DNA of 64,000 bases, taken from the NCBI GenBank assembly GCA_964016885.1, contig OZ024743.1, positions 250,604,001 to 250,668,000 on the forward strand, read 5' to 3'. This document shows, piece after piece, positions 42,001 through 51,450 of this stretch (its first letter is position 1; every line of letters starts with the position of its first letter). The translations under genes were made by a program, and so were the position numbers. Source of the DNA: Eledone cirrhosa. Taxonomy: Eukaryota. The notes beneath the pieces were generated by a model, which saw nothing but the letters and a program-made list of their open reading frames with translations, was not told the DNA's origin and made no database searches.

Positions 42001-44490
42001 ACAAGTGTGGTATACCAGACTAGAAGGTAGTAGTGGTAGTGACAAGTGTGGTATACCAGACTAGAAGGTAGTGGTAGTGACAAGTGTGGTATACCAGACT
42101 AGAATGTAGTGGTATTGACAAGTGTGGTATACCAGACTAGAAGGTAGTGGTAGTGACAAGTGTGGCATACCAGACTAGAAGGTAGTAGTGGTAGTGACAA
42201 GTGTGGTATACCAGACTAGAATGTAGTGGTAGTGACAAGTGTGGTATACCAGACTAGAAGGTAGTGGTAGTGACAAGTGTGGTATACCAGACTAGAAGGT
42301 AGTAGTGGTAGTGACAAGTGTGGTATACCAGACTAGAAGGTAGTGGTAGTGACACGTGTGGTATACCAGACTAGAAGGTAGTAGTGGTGACAAGTGTGGT
42401 ATACCAGACTAGAAGGTAGTGGTGGTAGTGACAAGTGTGGTATACCAGACTAGAAGGTAGTGGTAGTGACAAGTGTGGTATACCAGACTAGAAGGTAGTA
42501 GTGGTAGTGACAAGTGTGGTATACCAGACTGTAAGGTAGTGGTAGTGACAAGTGTGGTATACCAGACTAGAAGGTAGTAGTGGTAGTGACAAGTGTGGTA
42601 TACCAGGCTAGAAGGTAGTAGTGGTAGTGACAAGTGTGGTATACCAGACTAGAAGGTAGTGGTAGTGACAAGTGTGGTATACCAGACTAGATGGTAGTGG
42701 TAGTGACAAGTGTGGTATACCAGACTAGAAGGTATTGGTAGTGAGAAGTGTGGTATACCAGACTAGAAGGTAGTAGTGGTAGTGACAAGTGTGGTATACC
42801 AGACTAGAATGTAGTGGTAGTGACAAGTGTGGTATACCAGACTAGAAGGTAGTGGTAGTGACAAGTGTGGCATACCAGACTAGAAGGTAGTAGTGGTAGT
42901 GACAAGTGTGGTATACCAGACTGTAAGGTAGTGGTAGTGACAAGTGTGGTATACCAGACTAGAAGGTAGTAGTGGTAGTGACAAGTGTGGTATACCAGAC
43001 TAGAAGGTAGTAGTGGTAGTGACAAGTGTGGTATACCAGACTAGAAGGTAGTAGTGGTAGTGACAAGTGTGGTATACCAGACTAGAAGGTAGTGGTAGTG
43101 ACAAGTGTGGTATACCAGACTAGAAGGTAGTGGTAGTGACAAGTGTGGTATACCAGACTAGAAGGTAGTAGTGGTAGTGACAAGTGTGGTATACCAGACT
43201 AGAAGGTAGTGGTAGTGACAAGTGTGGTATACCAGACTAGAATGTAGTGGTATTGACAAGTGTGGTATACCAGACTAGAAGGTAGTGGTAGTGACAAGTG
43301 TGGCATACCAGACTAGAAGGTAGTAGTGGTAGTGACAAGTGTGGTATACCAGACTAGAATGTAGTGGTAGTGACAAGTGTGGTATACCAGACTAGAAGGT
43401 AGTGGTAGTGACAAGTGTGGTATACCAGACTAGAAGGTAGTAGTGGTAGTGACAAGTGTGGTATACCAGACTAGAAGGTAGTGGTAGTGACAAGTGTGGT
43501 ATACCAGACTAGAAGGTAGTAGTGGTAGTGACAAGTGTGGTATACCAGACTAGAAGGTAGTGGTAGTGACAAGTGTGGTATACCAGACTAGAAGGTAGTG
43601 GTAGTGACAAGTGTGGTATACCAGACTAGAAGGTAGTGGTAGTGACAAGTGTGGTATACCAGACTAGAAGGTAGTGGTAGTGACAAGTGTGATATACCAG
43701 ACTAGAAGGTAGTGGTAGTGACAAGTGTGGTATACCAGACTAAAAGGTAGTGGTAGTGACAAGTGTGGTATACCAGACTATAAGGTAGTGGTAGTGACAA
43801 GTGTGGTATACCAGACTGTAAGGTAGTGGTAGTGACAAGTGTGGTATACCAGACTAGAAGGTAGTAGTGGTAGTGACAAGTGTGGTATACCAGACTAGAA
43901 GGTAGTAGTGGTAGCGACAAGTGTGGTATACCAGACTAGAAGGTAGTGGTAGTGACAAGTGTGGTATACCAGGCTAGAAGGTAGTGGTAGTGACAAGTGT
44001 GGTATACCAGACTAGAAGGTAGTGGTAGTGACAAGTGTGGTATACCAGACTGTAAGGTAGTGGTAGTGACAAGTGTGGTATACCAGACTGTAAGGTAGTG
44101 GTAGTGACAAGTGTGGTATACCAGACTGTAAGGTAGTGGTAGTGACAGGTGTGGTATACCAGACTAGAAGGTAGTGGTAGTGACAAGTGTGGTATACCAG
44201 ACTAGAAGGTAGTGGTAGTGACAAGTGTGGTATACCAGACTAAAAGGTAGTGGTAGTGACAAGTGTGGTATACCAGACTATAAGGTAGTGGTAGTGACAA
44301 GTGTGGTATACCAGACTGTAAGGTAGTGGTAGTGACAAGTGTGGTATACCAGACTATAAGGTAGTGGTAGTGACAAGTGTGGTATACCAGACTGTAAGGT
44401 AGTGGTAGTGACAAGTGTGGTATACCAGACAAGAAGGTAGTGGTGATAACAAGTGTGGCAGAACAGAATACCAGACTGGAAGGCAGTTGT
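1..44490. repeat. Large tandem satellite array (Sat-A), 38/41-bp monomers with 32-bp and rare 40/44-bp variants; continues beyond the left edge of the window
   Basis: Seen directly: continuous head-to-tail GGTATACCAGACTAGAAGGTAG(TAG)TGGTAGTGACAAGTGT, roughly 1,100 copies (44.4 kb / ~39.5 bp), with no foreign insertions. Length variation lies in the internal (TAG/TGG)n tract. The last 1-2 units (44430-44490) are degenerate. Confidence 0.99.
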
Positions 44491-44529
44491 GGATTGTCGT
44501 GGGATTGACTGGATTGCAGTCAGAGACCC

Positions 44530-44776
44530 AACAATATTCAGCTCTTTTATGACTGAATTTTTAATGAAATACATTTTATTTCAATTAATTAATGAAGTCT
44601 TTTAAGGTATTTACTAACATTATTAGTTATTTCATTACTACGATAGATACTTAATGTATGGTTCTTTTATAAACTTATGTTCGAAAATTTTAACTTCATT
44701 TCGATACCTTTAAAATAGGTGGTTTTATTTCATAGAACCAGTCATGATTTGGGCCATATTGGTAACTAAAGTGTTA
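44530..44776 (-). mobile_element. Degraded MITE-like element, inverted copy of the family at 62344-63090
   Basis: Shares CATAGAACCA (reverse complement of TGGTTCTATG at ~62914) and ends ...ATTGGTAACTAAAGTGTTAA, resembling the reverse complement of the TTAACCCTATTGATACCAA start at 62877. Left boundary uncertain. Confidence 0.45.
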
Positions 44777-44936
44777 AAGAGCCTTAAATTAACTTTTTTG
44801 CTACCATAAATAATATACAAGGGCCCCAATTAAATATTCAGACAGTAGTTCCATGTAAACTCTTCTTGTGGACTCCCCCACCCTTGTGTAATCCCCTCCT
44901 GTTGGCAGAATATAATATGAACTTGACAAAACTCAC

Positions 44937-44991
44937 AGTATGCCTTACTAAATAACTCGGGTTGAAGCAATGATGTAAAACAATTATTGAT
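44937..44991 (-). other. Candidate 55-bp internal exon (INNCFTSLLQPELFSKAY)
   Basis: Minus strand: pyrimidine tract ...ttttcaccactttctacacag| acceptor, an open frame, and a |GTGAGT donor. No recognisable homology; could be chance. Confidence 0.2.
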
Positions 44992-45225
44992 CTGTGTAGA
45001 AAGTGGTGAAAATAACTAGTAAACAGAAAGGATGTGATGGACATGGGTGTTTTGTTTCACCATATCAACTACTTTATATAATTGCTTGTGCAATATTTGC
45101 TGAAATGTTAAATGCCATCTGAGTTATGTTTACATAACAATGTGCAGACATCTTGGAAATGCACATAACACTAATAAATTGAACTATGTAATAAAACACA
45201 ACCCTGTTCATTCATGTGTATATGT

Positions 45226-45363
45226 ATCCAGCCGTAGAAAACCCGCCAGACAGTCCTATGCGAGCAAGACAACCACTCTTGCCTCAAGTGGGAAAACTCC
45301 CGTCCAAACCCATGCAAGCGTGGAATATGGACGTTAAACGATGATGATGATGATGATGATGAT
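45226..45363 (+). mobile_element. 3' part of a SINE/LINE-tail repeat ending in (GAT)n
   Basis: ATCCAGCCGTAGAAAA...CCGTCCAAACCCATGCAAGCGTGGAATATGGACGTTAAAC(GAT)8. A second diverged copy lies at 45670-45843. Confidence 0.65.
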
Positions 45364-45669
45364 GTGTGTGTACACACACACGCACACACATATATATTAT
45401 ATATATATATATTAGAGAGTGAGGTTTTTTTACAAAATGAAAAAAAAAACGAGGTGTCCTACACGTGTGAAAGTATAAGGAAAAAAGTTGAAATCGAAAT
45501 TGTAGCTGGAGTCTTTTTTTTTTTAATATATATTAATTTGATTCCTTTACCGGTTTCACAGTTCTTCTGCTTTTCAAAATTAGAATTGAGATGGAGGATT
45601 TGTGGTTTTTATATATATATATATAATTGTTTATACTTTAGGCACAAGGGTGGTCATGTAGGTGTCACA

Positions 45670-45843
45670 ACACAAAGCACCCAGTACACACTGTAAATGT
45701 GGTTGGTGTTAGGAAGGGCAACCAGAAGTAGAAATCAAGCCAAAATCAGTTCCGTGAGAGCAAGACATGGTCATTTGACCTGGCTTCTCTCACAATGGGA
45801 CAGCTCATCTAACCCATGCTAGTGTGGAAAATGGATGTTAAAT
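45670..45843 (+). mobile_element. Diverged copy of the same SINE/LINE-tail family
   Basis: GGTTGGTGTTAGGAAGGGCAACCAGAAGTAGAAA...AACCCATGCTAGTGTGGAAAATGGATGTTAAA aligns by eye with 45226-45340. Confidence 0.6.
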
Positions 45844-45927
45844 TGTATAGAACTACAAGTGAAGTCATTCTTTACCTTTTTTTAAATATACATAACTGTA
45901 CCAAGGATTTCACACATTTTCTAATAT

Positions 45928-45990
45928 AAGGGCGGTGCCCCAGCATGGCCTCAGCCGGATGGTTGAAACAGGTAAAAGAGTAAAAGAGTA

Positions 45991-45991
<1 letters not shown>
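45928..45991 (+). mobile_element. 3' tail fragment of a tRNA-derived SINE
   Basis: GGCGGTGCCCCAGCATGGCC...GAAACAGGTAAAAGAGTAAAAGAG resembles the tail of the SINE at 47505-47763 (GATGCTCCAGCATGGGCG...AAAAAAGTAAAA). Confidence 0.5.
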
Positions 45992-46037
<46 letters not shown>

Positions 46038-46041
46038 GAGG

Positions 46042-46140
<99 letters not shown>

Positions 46141-46189
46141 GAGAGAGAGAAAGAGAGGGAGAGAGAGAGAGAGAGAGAGAGAAGAGAGG

Positions 46190-46231
<42 letters not shown>

Positions 46232-46235
46232 GAGG

Positions 46236-46320
<85 letters not shown>
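45992..46320. repeat. (TA)n followed by a ~315-bp pure-purine (GA)n microsatellite
   Basis: Seen directly; interrupted only by GAAA, GAGG and similar purine variants. Confidence 0.98.
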
Positions 46321-46321
<1 letters not shown>

Positions 46322-46859
46322 TGTGTGCATCCAGTTTAGAATAGGTACACCATATGCCTGCAGGTTGTAAGAGATAAAAGGGTATCAGGAAATGTATGAG
46401 TCTGTAAAAAATTGCCACACACACACAAACAGGGACTCCTGAAAATACAACCTAAAATTACTCACAGTTAAAACCATTTATATGTTGTAGAACTCATAGT
46501 GTAGACTAAAGGTTCTCAACGGGGGTGGGGGGGTGCATATGCCCCTCGCGGGCGTTTCGTAGCCCCAGGGGGGCGTTATGCAGTAAGGGGGCGTTTGAAA
46601 CTTTGAGGGCGCTAGAAGCCCTTTTAGCTTGGTAAGTTTTATAAGTCATATTTGTATGTTTCTTAGACAGTCAGTGATTTGAATGAAGAAAACAAAGAAA
46701 ATAAATTAAAGAAGCTTGTCAACGAATTCCCTAGGGAGATGAAGGACAAAGAGAATGACAGTGGAAACTACTTCAACAGAAATGACAAGAAGAAGCAATG
46801 GTGGTGAACATACACACACATACATACATACATACATACACACACATATACACATACAT

Positions 46860-46890
<31 letters not shown>

Positions 46891-47031
46891 GGTCGGCGTT
46901 AGTGTTTGATGAGGTTGAGAACCTGGTCAGCTTTCAGCCAGAAGTGTGGTATTTAAACTCCCTAGGTAATAAAATCTGGCGACAAAAATGTTCTCCTTAG
47001 CAAAAAAAGAAGCGATAGATCATATCAACAT

Positions 47032-47129
47032 CCTTACACACTTAAATGTAAATGCATGTATATATATAAAATTGTATAAATGCATAGCTATATACATACT
47101 TAAATGTATGTATATATGTATGTAAGTAG

Positions 47130-47190
<61 letters not shown>

Positions 47191-47209
47191 TACATACATA
47201 CATATATTG

Positions 47210-47242
<33 letters not shown>

Positions 47243-47387
47243 AACATATAAATCTACATACATACATACATACATATATATATATAAATCTACATACATA
47301 TATACATACATACATTTACGTATGTATATAGCTATGCATTTATACATTTTTATATATATACATGCATTTATATTTAAGTGTGTAAGG
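47032..47387. repeat. AT-rich long inverted repeat (~100-bp arms, (TA)n-rich centre)
   Basis: CCTTACACACTTAAATGTAAATGCATG...GTAGATTTA (47032-~47134) is the near reverse complement of TAAATCTAC...CATGCATTTATATTTAAGTGTGTAAGG (~47285-47387). The ORF track shows almost the same peptide ([19 protein letters not shown]) on both strands. Confidence 0.93.
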
Positions 47388-47443
47388 TTATATATATATA
47401 TACATATATATATATATGTGTGTGTGTGTATAATATATATATT

Positions 47444-47505
<62 letters not shown>
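47388..47505. repeat. Compound (TA)n/(TG)n/(CA)n microsatellite
   Basis: Seen directly. Confidence 0.95.
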
Positions 47506-47763
47506 GCAGTGTGACAAGAAGCTTGTTTCCCAACCACATATTTCCGGGTTCAGTCCCACTGCCCGGGCCGACCAAAGCCCTGTGAGTGGATTTGATAGAG
47601 CGAAACTAAAAGAAGCCCGTCGTATATATGTATATATGTCTCTGTGTGTCTTTGCGTTTGTGTTTGCCCTCCCACCAATGCTTGTTGGTTTGTTGACGTC
47701 CCCATAACTTACCAAGATGATGCTCCAGCATGGGCGTAGTCCAGAGACAGAAAAAAGTAAAAT
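47505..47763 (+). mobile_element. tRNA-derived SINE with an internal deletion
   Basis: B-box-like GGGTTCAGTCCC, body GGGCCGACCAAAGCCCTGTGAGTGGATTTG...AAAGAAGCCCGTCG, A-rich tail. A related inverted relic lies at 61540-61672. Family assignment is from memory of cephalopod SINEs. Confidence 0.7.
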
Positions 47764-47903
47764 ATATGTGTGTGTGTGTATGTGTGTGTGTGTGTGTAGA
47801 AGAGGGATCTCAAACTCAAGGACACAAAAGGGCTATTACGTCCTGGAGGAGAGGCACAGTGGGCCAAACGTGGTGGTGGGTGACCATTTTCACCAGTTAT
47901 AAT

Positions 47904-48117
47904 AATTTCTACTATAGGAACAAGGCAAGAAATTTGGGGTTTAGGGTTCAGTCGATTGCATCGATCCTAGTACACAACTGGTACTTAATTCATCGACCCC
48001 AAAAGGATGTAAGGCAAAGTTGAGATCGGCGGAATTTGAACTCAGAACGTAAAAACGGAAGAAGTACCGTTAAGCATTTCGCCAGATGTGCTAACGATTC
48101 CACCAACTCGCCGCCTT
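47904..48117 (-). mobile_element. Full-length tRNA-derived SINE with an 18-bp TSD
   Basis: Perfect TSD ATTTTCACCAGTTATAAT at 47886-47903 and 48118-48135. Minus-strand head has A-box-like TGGTGGAATCGTTAG and B-box-like GAGTTCAAATTCC. The central GCCTT.CATCCTT..GGGGTCGAT...AAGTACC block resembles the Meta/MESC-type SINE domain (from memory). Confidence 0.9.
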
Positions 48118-48222
48118 ATTTTCACCAGTTATAATGCGATATGAAATATTGGTTCTACCACGGGCCACAGATAAGTAGTTCGCGAGCCGCATGTGTGAGC
48201 CGCCTGTTGGAGATAAATAGAT

Positions 48223-49421
48223 GTTTCTTTTATTTGCCACCAGGGCATCAAAAGTGGGACAAGTACAATGGGGGTAGTTTACAAAACAAGGCGTCCTCAA
48301 TAAGGAGGAGGCAATAACAACATATAAAAATAAAATAAAATATAACAGAATAAAATATATAACAAAATCCTCAATAGAGAGGAGGCGCCTTGGGGGGTCG
48401 CACACACCGCCGAAAAAAGTGTGCAACCCTTTTCCTCAGGAGCACAGAGAAGGGGTGCTCCCTTGGTCTTTCATCTTCCTCACCTATTGTCTGATGTAGA
48501 GTGAAGGCCCATTCACACGGGCCATTCTCGCCACTTTCACCCATCTTTCATAAAAACGGCTGGGGTGCAGCACCTCTCTCTCCATCCTGATCCTTCTTCC
48601 GAAATGATATCGGACGAAACGGACCAGTTGTTGGCCAGAGAGAAAGGTGTCTGACCTCAGTCCTTTCAGACGCGTCCACCATACAACCTCTTTCGCCATG
48701 GCTATTACGCACAGAAACACCGCCTCTCCTTCGTTTCTGAAGAGGGGAGGCGGCTTGATCGTTACAATAGACTCGGTGGTCAACCGGATCGGTCCCACCC
48801 TTGACAGCAGTTGTTCGACATAGCCCCACAGATCAGCAATGCCCGAGCAGTGTACCAATGCGTGTGCAACGGTTTCCTCGTCGCACACGCATCTGGGACA
48901 GATCTTTTTCGAGGGGTCCCTACCCGGGCGCCCGTGTCTGTAGAGCCTTTCTCGAACAGGCAGAGCCCTTCTGTAGCACTGCCAGGCCAGGGACCTCTGG
49001 AAGTTATCCATGGGTCCTGGGCTGAATGTCCTACCGAACAGGTTGGCCAGTTCGTCTTCCTCCATGCCCAGGGCTTCTCCGAGGGCGTCGTCGCACCTGC
49101 TAACCACCAGCCCTCTATAGAATGACGAGGTTGATTCTCCACTGACAGTCGGGTCCGCCTGCCAGAGAGCTGTGAGCGCCTGGGCACACTCGGTGTACCA
49201 GGCGCCCAGTTTTCTCGGTCTTTGCTTGACCCAGGATTGCAGCTCGGTGAGTGAGACGAGTCTGGGAAAGGCTCGCCTCACAAACGGGGCCCCACACCGG
49301 TTGACCGGAGAGGAATACCTGGAGGTGCCGTAGCCTTAATGCGTGTTTACGTATCATTAGCCACGGCATCCCCAGCCCTCCTTTCGAAGGGTGTTGACAG
49401 CAGATGGAACTCCTCACCATA
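48223..49421 (-). mobile_element. 5'-truncated non-LTR retrotransposon, L1/Tx1 clade
   Basis: Perfect 14-bp TSD GGAGATAAATAGAT at 48209-48222 and 49422-49435. Contains an ORF2 C-terminal remnant, a ~260-bp 3'UTR and minus-strand AATAAA at 48229-48234; no poly(A) tail. Confidence 0.9.
48484..49420 (-). pseudogene. C-terminal fragment of LINE ORF2 (post-RT region and CCHC zinc finger, zf-RVT-like) with one frameshift
   Basis: Upstream frame has CQHPSKGGLGMP (L1/Tx1 P-x-x-GGLG motif). The 265-aa frame has LAWQCYRRALPVRERL and CPRCVCDEETVAHALVHC (C-x2-C...ET-x2-H-x4-C). The two frames are joined by a 1-nt shift at GGGGCCCC (49286-49293). Confidence 0.88.
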
Positions 49422-49435
49422 GGAGATAAATAGAT

Positions 49436-49508
49436 AGATAGATAGATAGACGCGTACCAAACGCACACACATTTCTTACTCTCTCTGTCTCTCCCTCTTT
49501 CTCTCTTC

Positions 49509-49566
<58 letters not shown>

Positions 49567-49578
49567 CTGTGTGTGTGT
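49436..49578. repeat. (GATA)n, (CT)n, (TA)n and (TG)n microsatellites
   Basis: Seen directly. Confidence 0.9.
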
Positions 49579-50483
49579 GGAGCGTTGTTATTTGGCGTTG
49601 TAGAAAAGAGCTGTGGCCTTTGACCTGGCAATAAAAAACTGTAGACAAAATTCTTTCTGTACCAAGGCACACACACACACACACACATAAGTTTGTGTGT
49701 GTGTATATGTGTGTGTTTATATATAAGGGATAAAAATATTGCTTTCTCAGTCACAAAGCTTCTCAATTCATTCCTTACTACTTATTTTGCTACGAGGTAT
49801 ATTATTTTGCAAGGTACTATTTTCCCCCTGAGTTTGTGATTTCGGAGAAAGGTAAGAAATTCTTCATATTTTGCATTTTTTGTATTTTGACTTTGTAGTT
49901 TCAATTGTCTATCCACTCAAAATATTACAACAGCTAACATTGAAATATAGAATTTAAAAAAAAAAAAGCTTTTTCGACTGAGATCAAATGTTTTTTTTAT
50001 CTCAAAAATATATATAATTTGAAATAGCTTGCTTTTGTTTTGGACTGAAACTTTTTTGTATTTAATTTGTATGAGTATTTTTTAAAGAATCTAAGATAAC
50101 TTGATTTGGCCCAGTAATCTACTGATATCAAAATCAGTAGTATATTGAAAAATAGAAAAATAAGGTAGGGGGCGTTTCGTGATTTCGAGGGGCAAAAGGG
50201 GGCGTTTGGCCAAAATGGGTTGAGAACCTTTGGTGTAGACCATACAACCCAGGTGATTCTTTCCTTCAAACCGTGGCTCAGTATGTCTGCCACTCCATCT
50301 GCTGGAATCAGTCTTTCAAAGCAATTTGCCTCACTGCAAGAGAGCTGAGGCAGGCAGTTGGGATAGGGGTCAAAAATCCTCAACAATAATGGCAATGGGA
50401 CAAAATATAAGATATGTGAAGGAAGAGGGAAAAAATATTAGGGAAAAGAATTTATATTAATATGGTGAAGCTATAATAATAAT

Positions 50484-50660
50484 TGTTTCTACTTTTGGCA
50501 CAAGGCCAGCAATTACCCAGTGCATTACTGGTACTTTATTTTATCGACCCCGTAAGGATGAAAGGTAAAGTTAACCTCGGCGTTGAACTCAGAATGGAAA
50601 GGGCCGTAACTATGCATCAAAGCATGGCGTCCGATCCTCTACCAATACTGCCAATCCACC
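50484..50660 (-). mobile_element. Diverged SINE copy (family of 47904-48117)
   Basis: CTGGTACTTTATTTTATCGACCCCGTAAGGATGAAAGGTAAAGTTAACCTCGGCGTTGAACTCAGAA matches 47978-48047. Confidence 0.8.
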
Positions 50661-50664
50661 GATG

Positions 50665-50820
50665 GTTTCTGATTTAGGCACAAGGCCAACAATTTTGGAA
50701 AAAGGGCAAGTCGAGTAAATTGGTCCCAATGCATTACTGGTACTTAATTTGATTGATCCTGTAAGGATGAAAGGCAAAGCATACTTCCATGAGATTTGAA
50801 CACATAATGTAAATGGTTGG
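50665..50820 (-). mobile_element. Second adjacent diverged SINE copy (same family)
   Basis: GTTTCTGATTTAGGCACAAGGCC...CTGGTACTTAATTTGATTGATCCTGTAAGGATGAAAGGCAAAG. Confidence 0.75.
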
Positions 50821-50932
50821 AATTATATGTTGCAAAGTATGTTGTTCAATACTCTCCTCTGCCCTAATAATGATAATAATAATAATAAATATGAAAGAAG
50901 AAATTAAAAATATATATAATAATATCAAAGAA

Positions 50933-51253
50933 GCACAACCATCACACCACAACTACACCATCACCACCACCACCACAACCATCACCACCACCACCACCAC
51001 CAACATCACTAACAACACCACCACCACCACCATCACACAACCACAACCGTTACCACCATCACCATACTACCACCACCAACGTCACTAACACCACCACCAC
51101 CACCACCACCACCACTATCATACAACCATCACCGCTCGCAGCACTGCCATCACACGCAGCACTGCCACCACCACCATACAACCACCGCCACCACCACTGC
51201 CACCATCACTACTAGCACCACTACCATACCACTACTACCTCCACCACCTCCAT
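50933..51253. repeat. Degenerate (CAC/CAT/CAA/TAC)n trinucleotide low-complexity tract
   Basis: Seen directly. Confidence 0.9.
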
Positions 51254-51295
51254 CAAAGCTGTAATGTAAGCTGTAGGAAACAATCAAAGAGTTAC

Positions 51296-51433
51296 CAATA
51301 TTGGCAGCAGAGAAAATGGTGGTTTTTGCTGTGAACTCTGGTGGAATTCTTCCTATCTTTGATTTATTGCATATTTGACACTTTGGAAAATTTTCTTTGT
51401 AACCTGACCTATTTCTTCTTCCATCACATTCTA
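51296..51433 (-). other. Candidate 138-bp exon-like island
   Basis: Minus strand tttcag| ... |gtaact encloses an open frame (ECDGRRNRSGYKENFPKCQICNKSKIGRIPPEFTAKTTIFSAANI). Weak pyrimidine tract and no recognised homology. Confidence 0.15.
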
Positions 51434-51450
51434 CTGAAACCTTTTATAGT

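Larger units (their letters stand above)
46507..50232. mobile_element. Non-autonomous hAT DNA transposon (Buster/Charlie type) with nested insertions
   Basis: Terminal inverted repeats TAAAGGTTCTCAAC (46507-46520) and GTTGAGAACCTTTG (50219-50232) match at 13/14. Perfect 8-bp TSD GTGTAGAC at 46499-46506 and 50233-50240, with the central TA typical of Buster hATs. GGGCGTT subterminal motifs at both ends. Confidence 0.92.

Noticed and set aside
1-44490. CRISPR-like appearance (palindromic ~38-41-bp periodicity)
   Set aside because: There are no unique spacers; the whole unit repeats. No cas genes are present and the context is eukaryotic.
1-44490. Indels almost always multiples of 3, suggesting coding constraint
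   Set aside because: Explained by slippage in the internal (TAG/TGG)n tract. The monomer length itself is not a multiple of 3, and 1-bp deletions exist (~21890, ~29424, ~35866).
1-44490. Telomeric repeat or G-quadruplex array
   Set aside because: No TTAGGG and only GG dinucleotide runs with long loops, so there is no canonical G4 motif.
164-44574. ~100 minus-strand ORFs (MSLPLPSSLVYHTCHYHY...)
   Set aside because: These are translations of the satellite, mostly starting at TTG. Unit lengths 32/38/41 are all 2 mod 3, so frames rotate and hit the TAG in CTAG every third unit. Longer ORFs (e.g. 40440-41132) arise only where CTGT variants remove that stop.
45364-48023. ORFs rich in SL, YI, HT and CV dipeptides
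   Set aside because: Read-through of (GA)n, (TA)n and (CA)n microsatellites.
47904-48117. tRNA gene (A/B boxes; also 47505 and 61400-61460)
   Set aside because: The boxes belong to SINE heads: no cloverleaf, multiple diverged copies, and a TSD is present.
48150-48208. GC-rich CGGGCCACA...CGCGAGCCGCATGTG stretch resembling another hAT subterminal region
   Set aside because: No partner terminus or TSD found; too short to call.
48548-49187. Overlapping alternative-frame and antisense ORFs within the LINE
   Set aside because: By-products of GC-rich coding sequence; only the frames with the GGLG and CCHC motifs are supported.
49997-50395. 132-aa minus-strand ORF
   Set aside because: It runs across the hAT terminus and TSD into AT-rich element sequence, has a non-ATG start and shows no recognisable motif.
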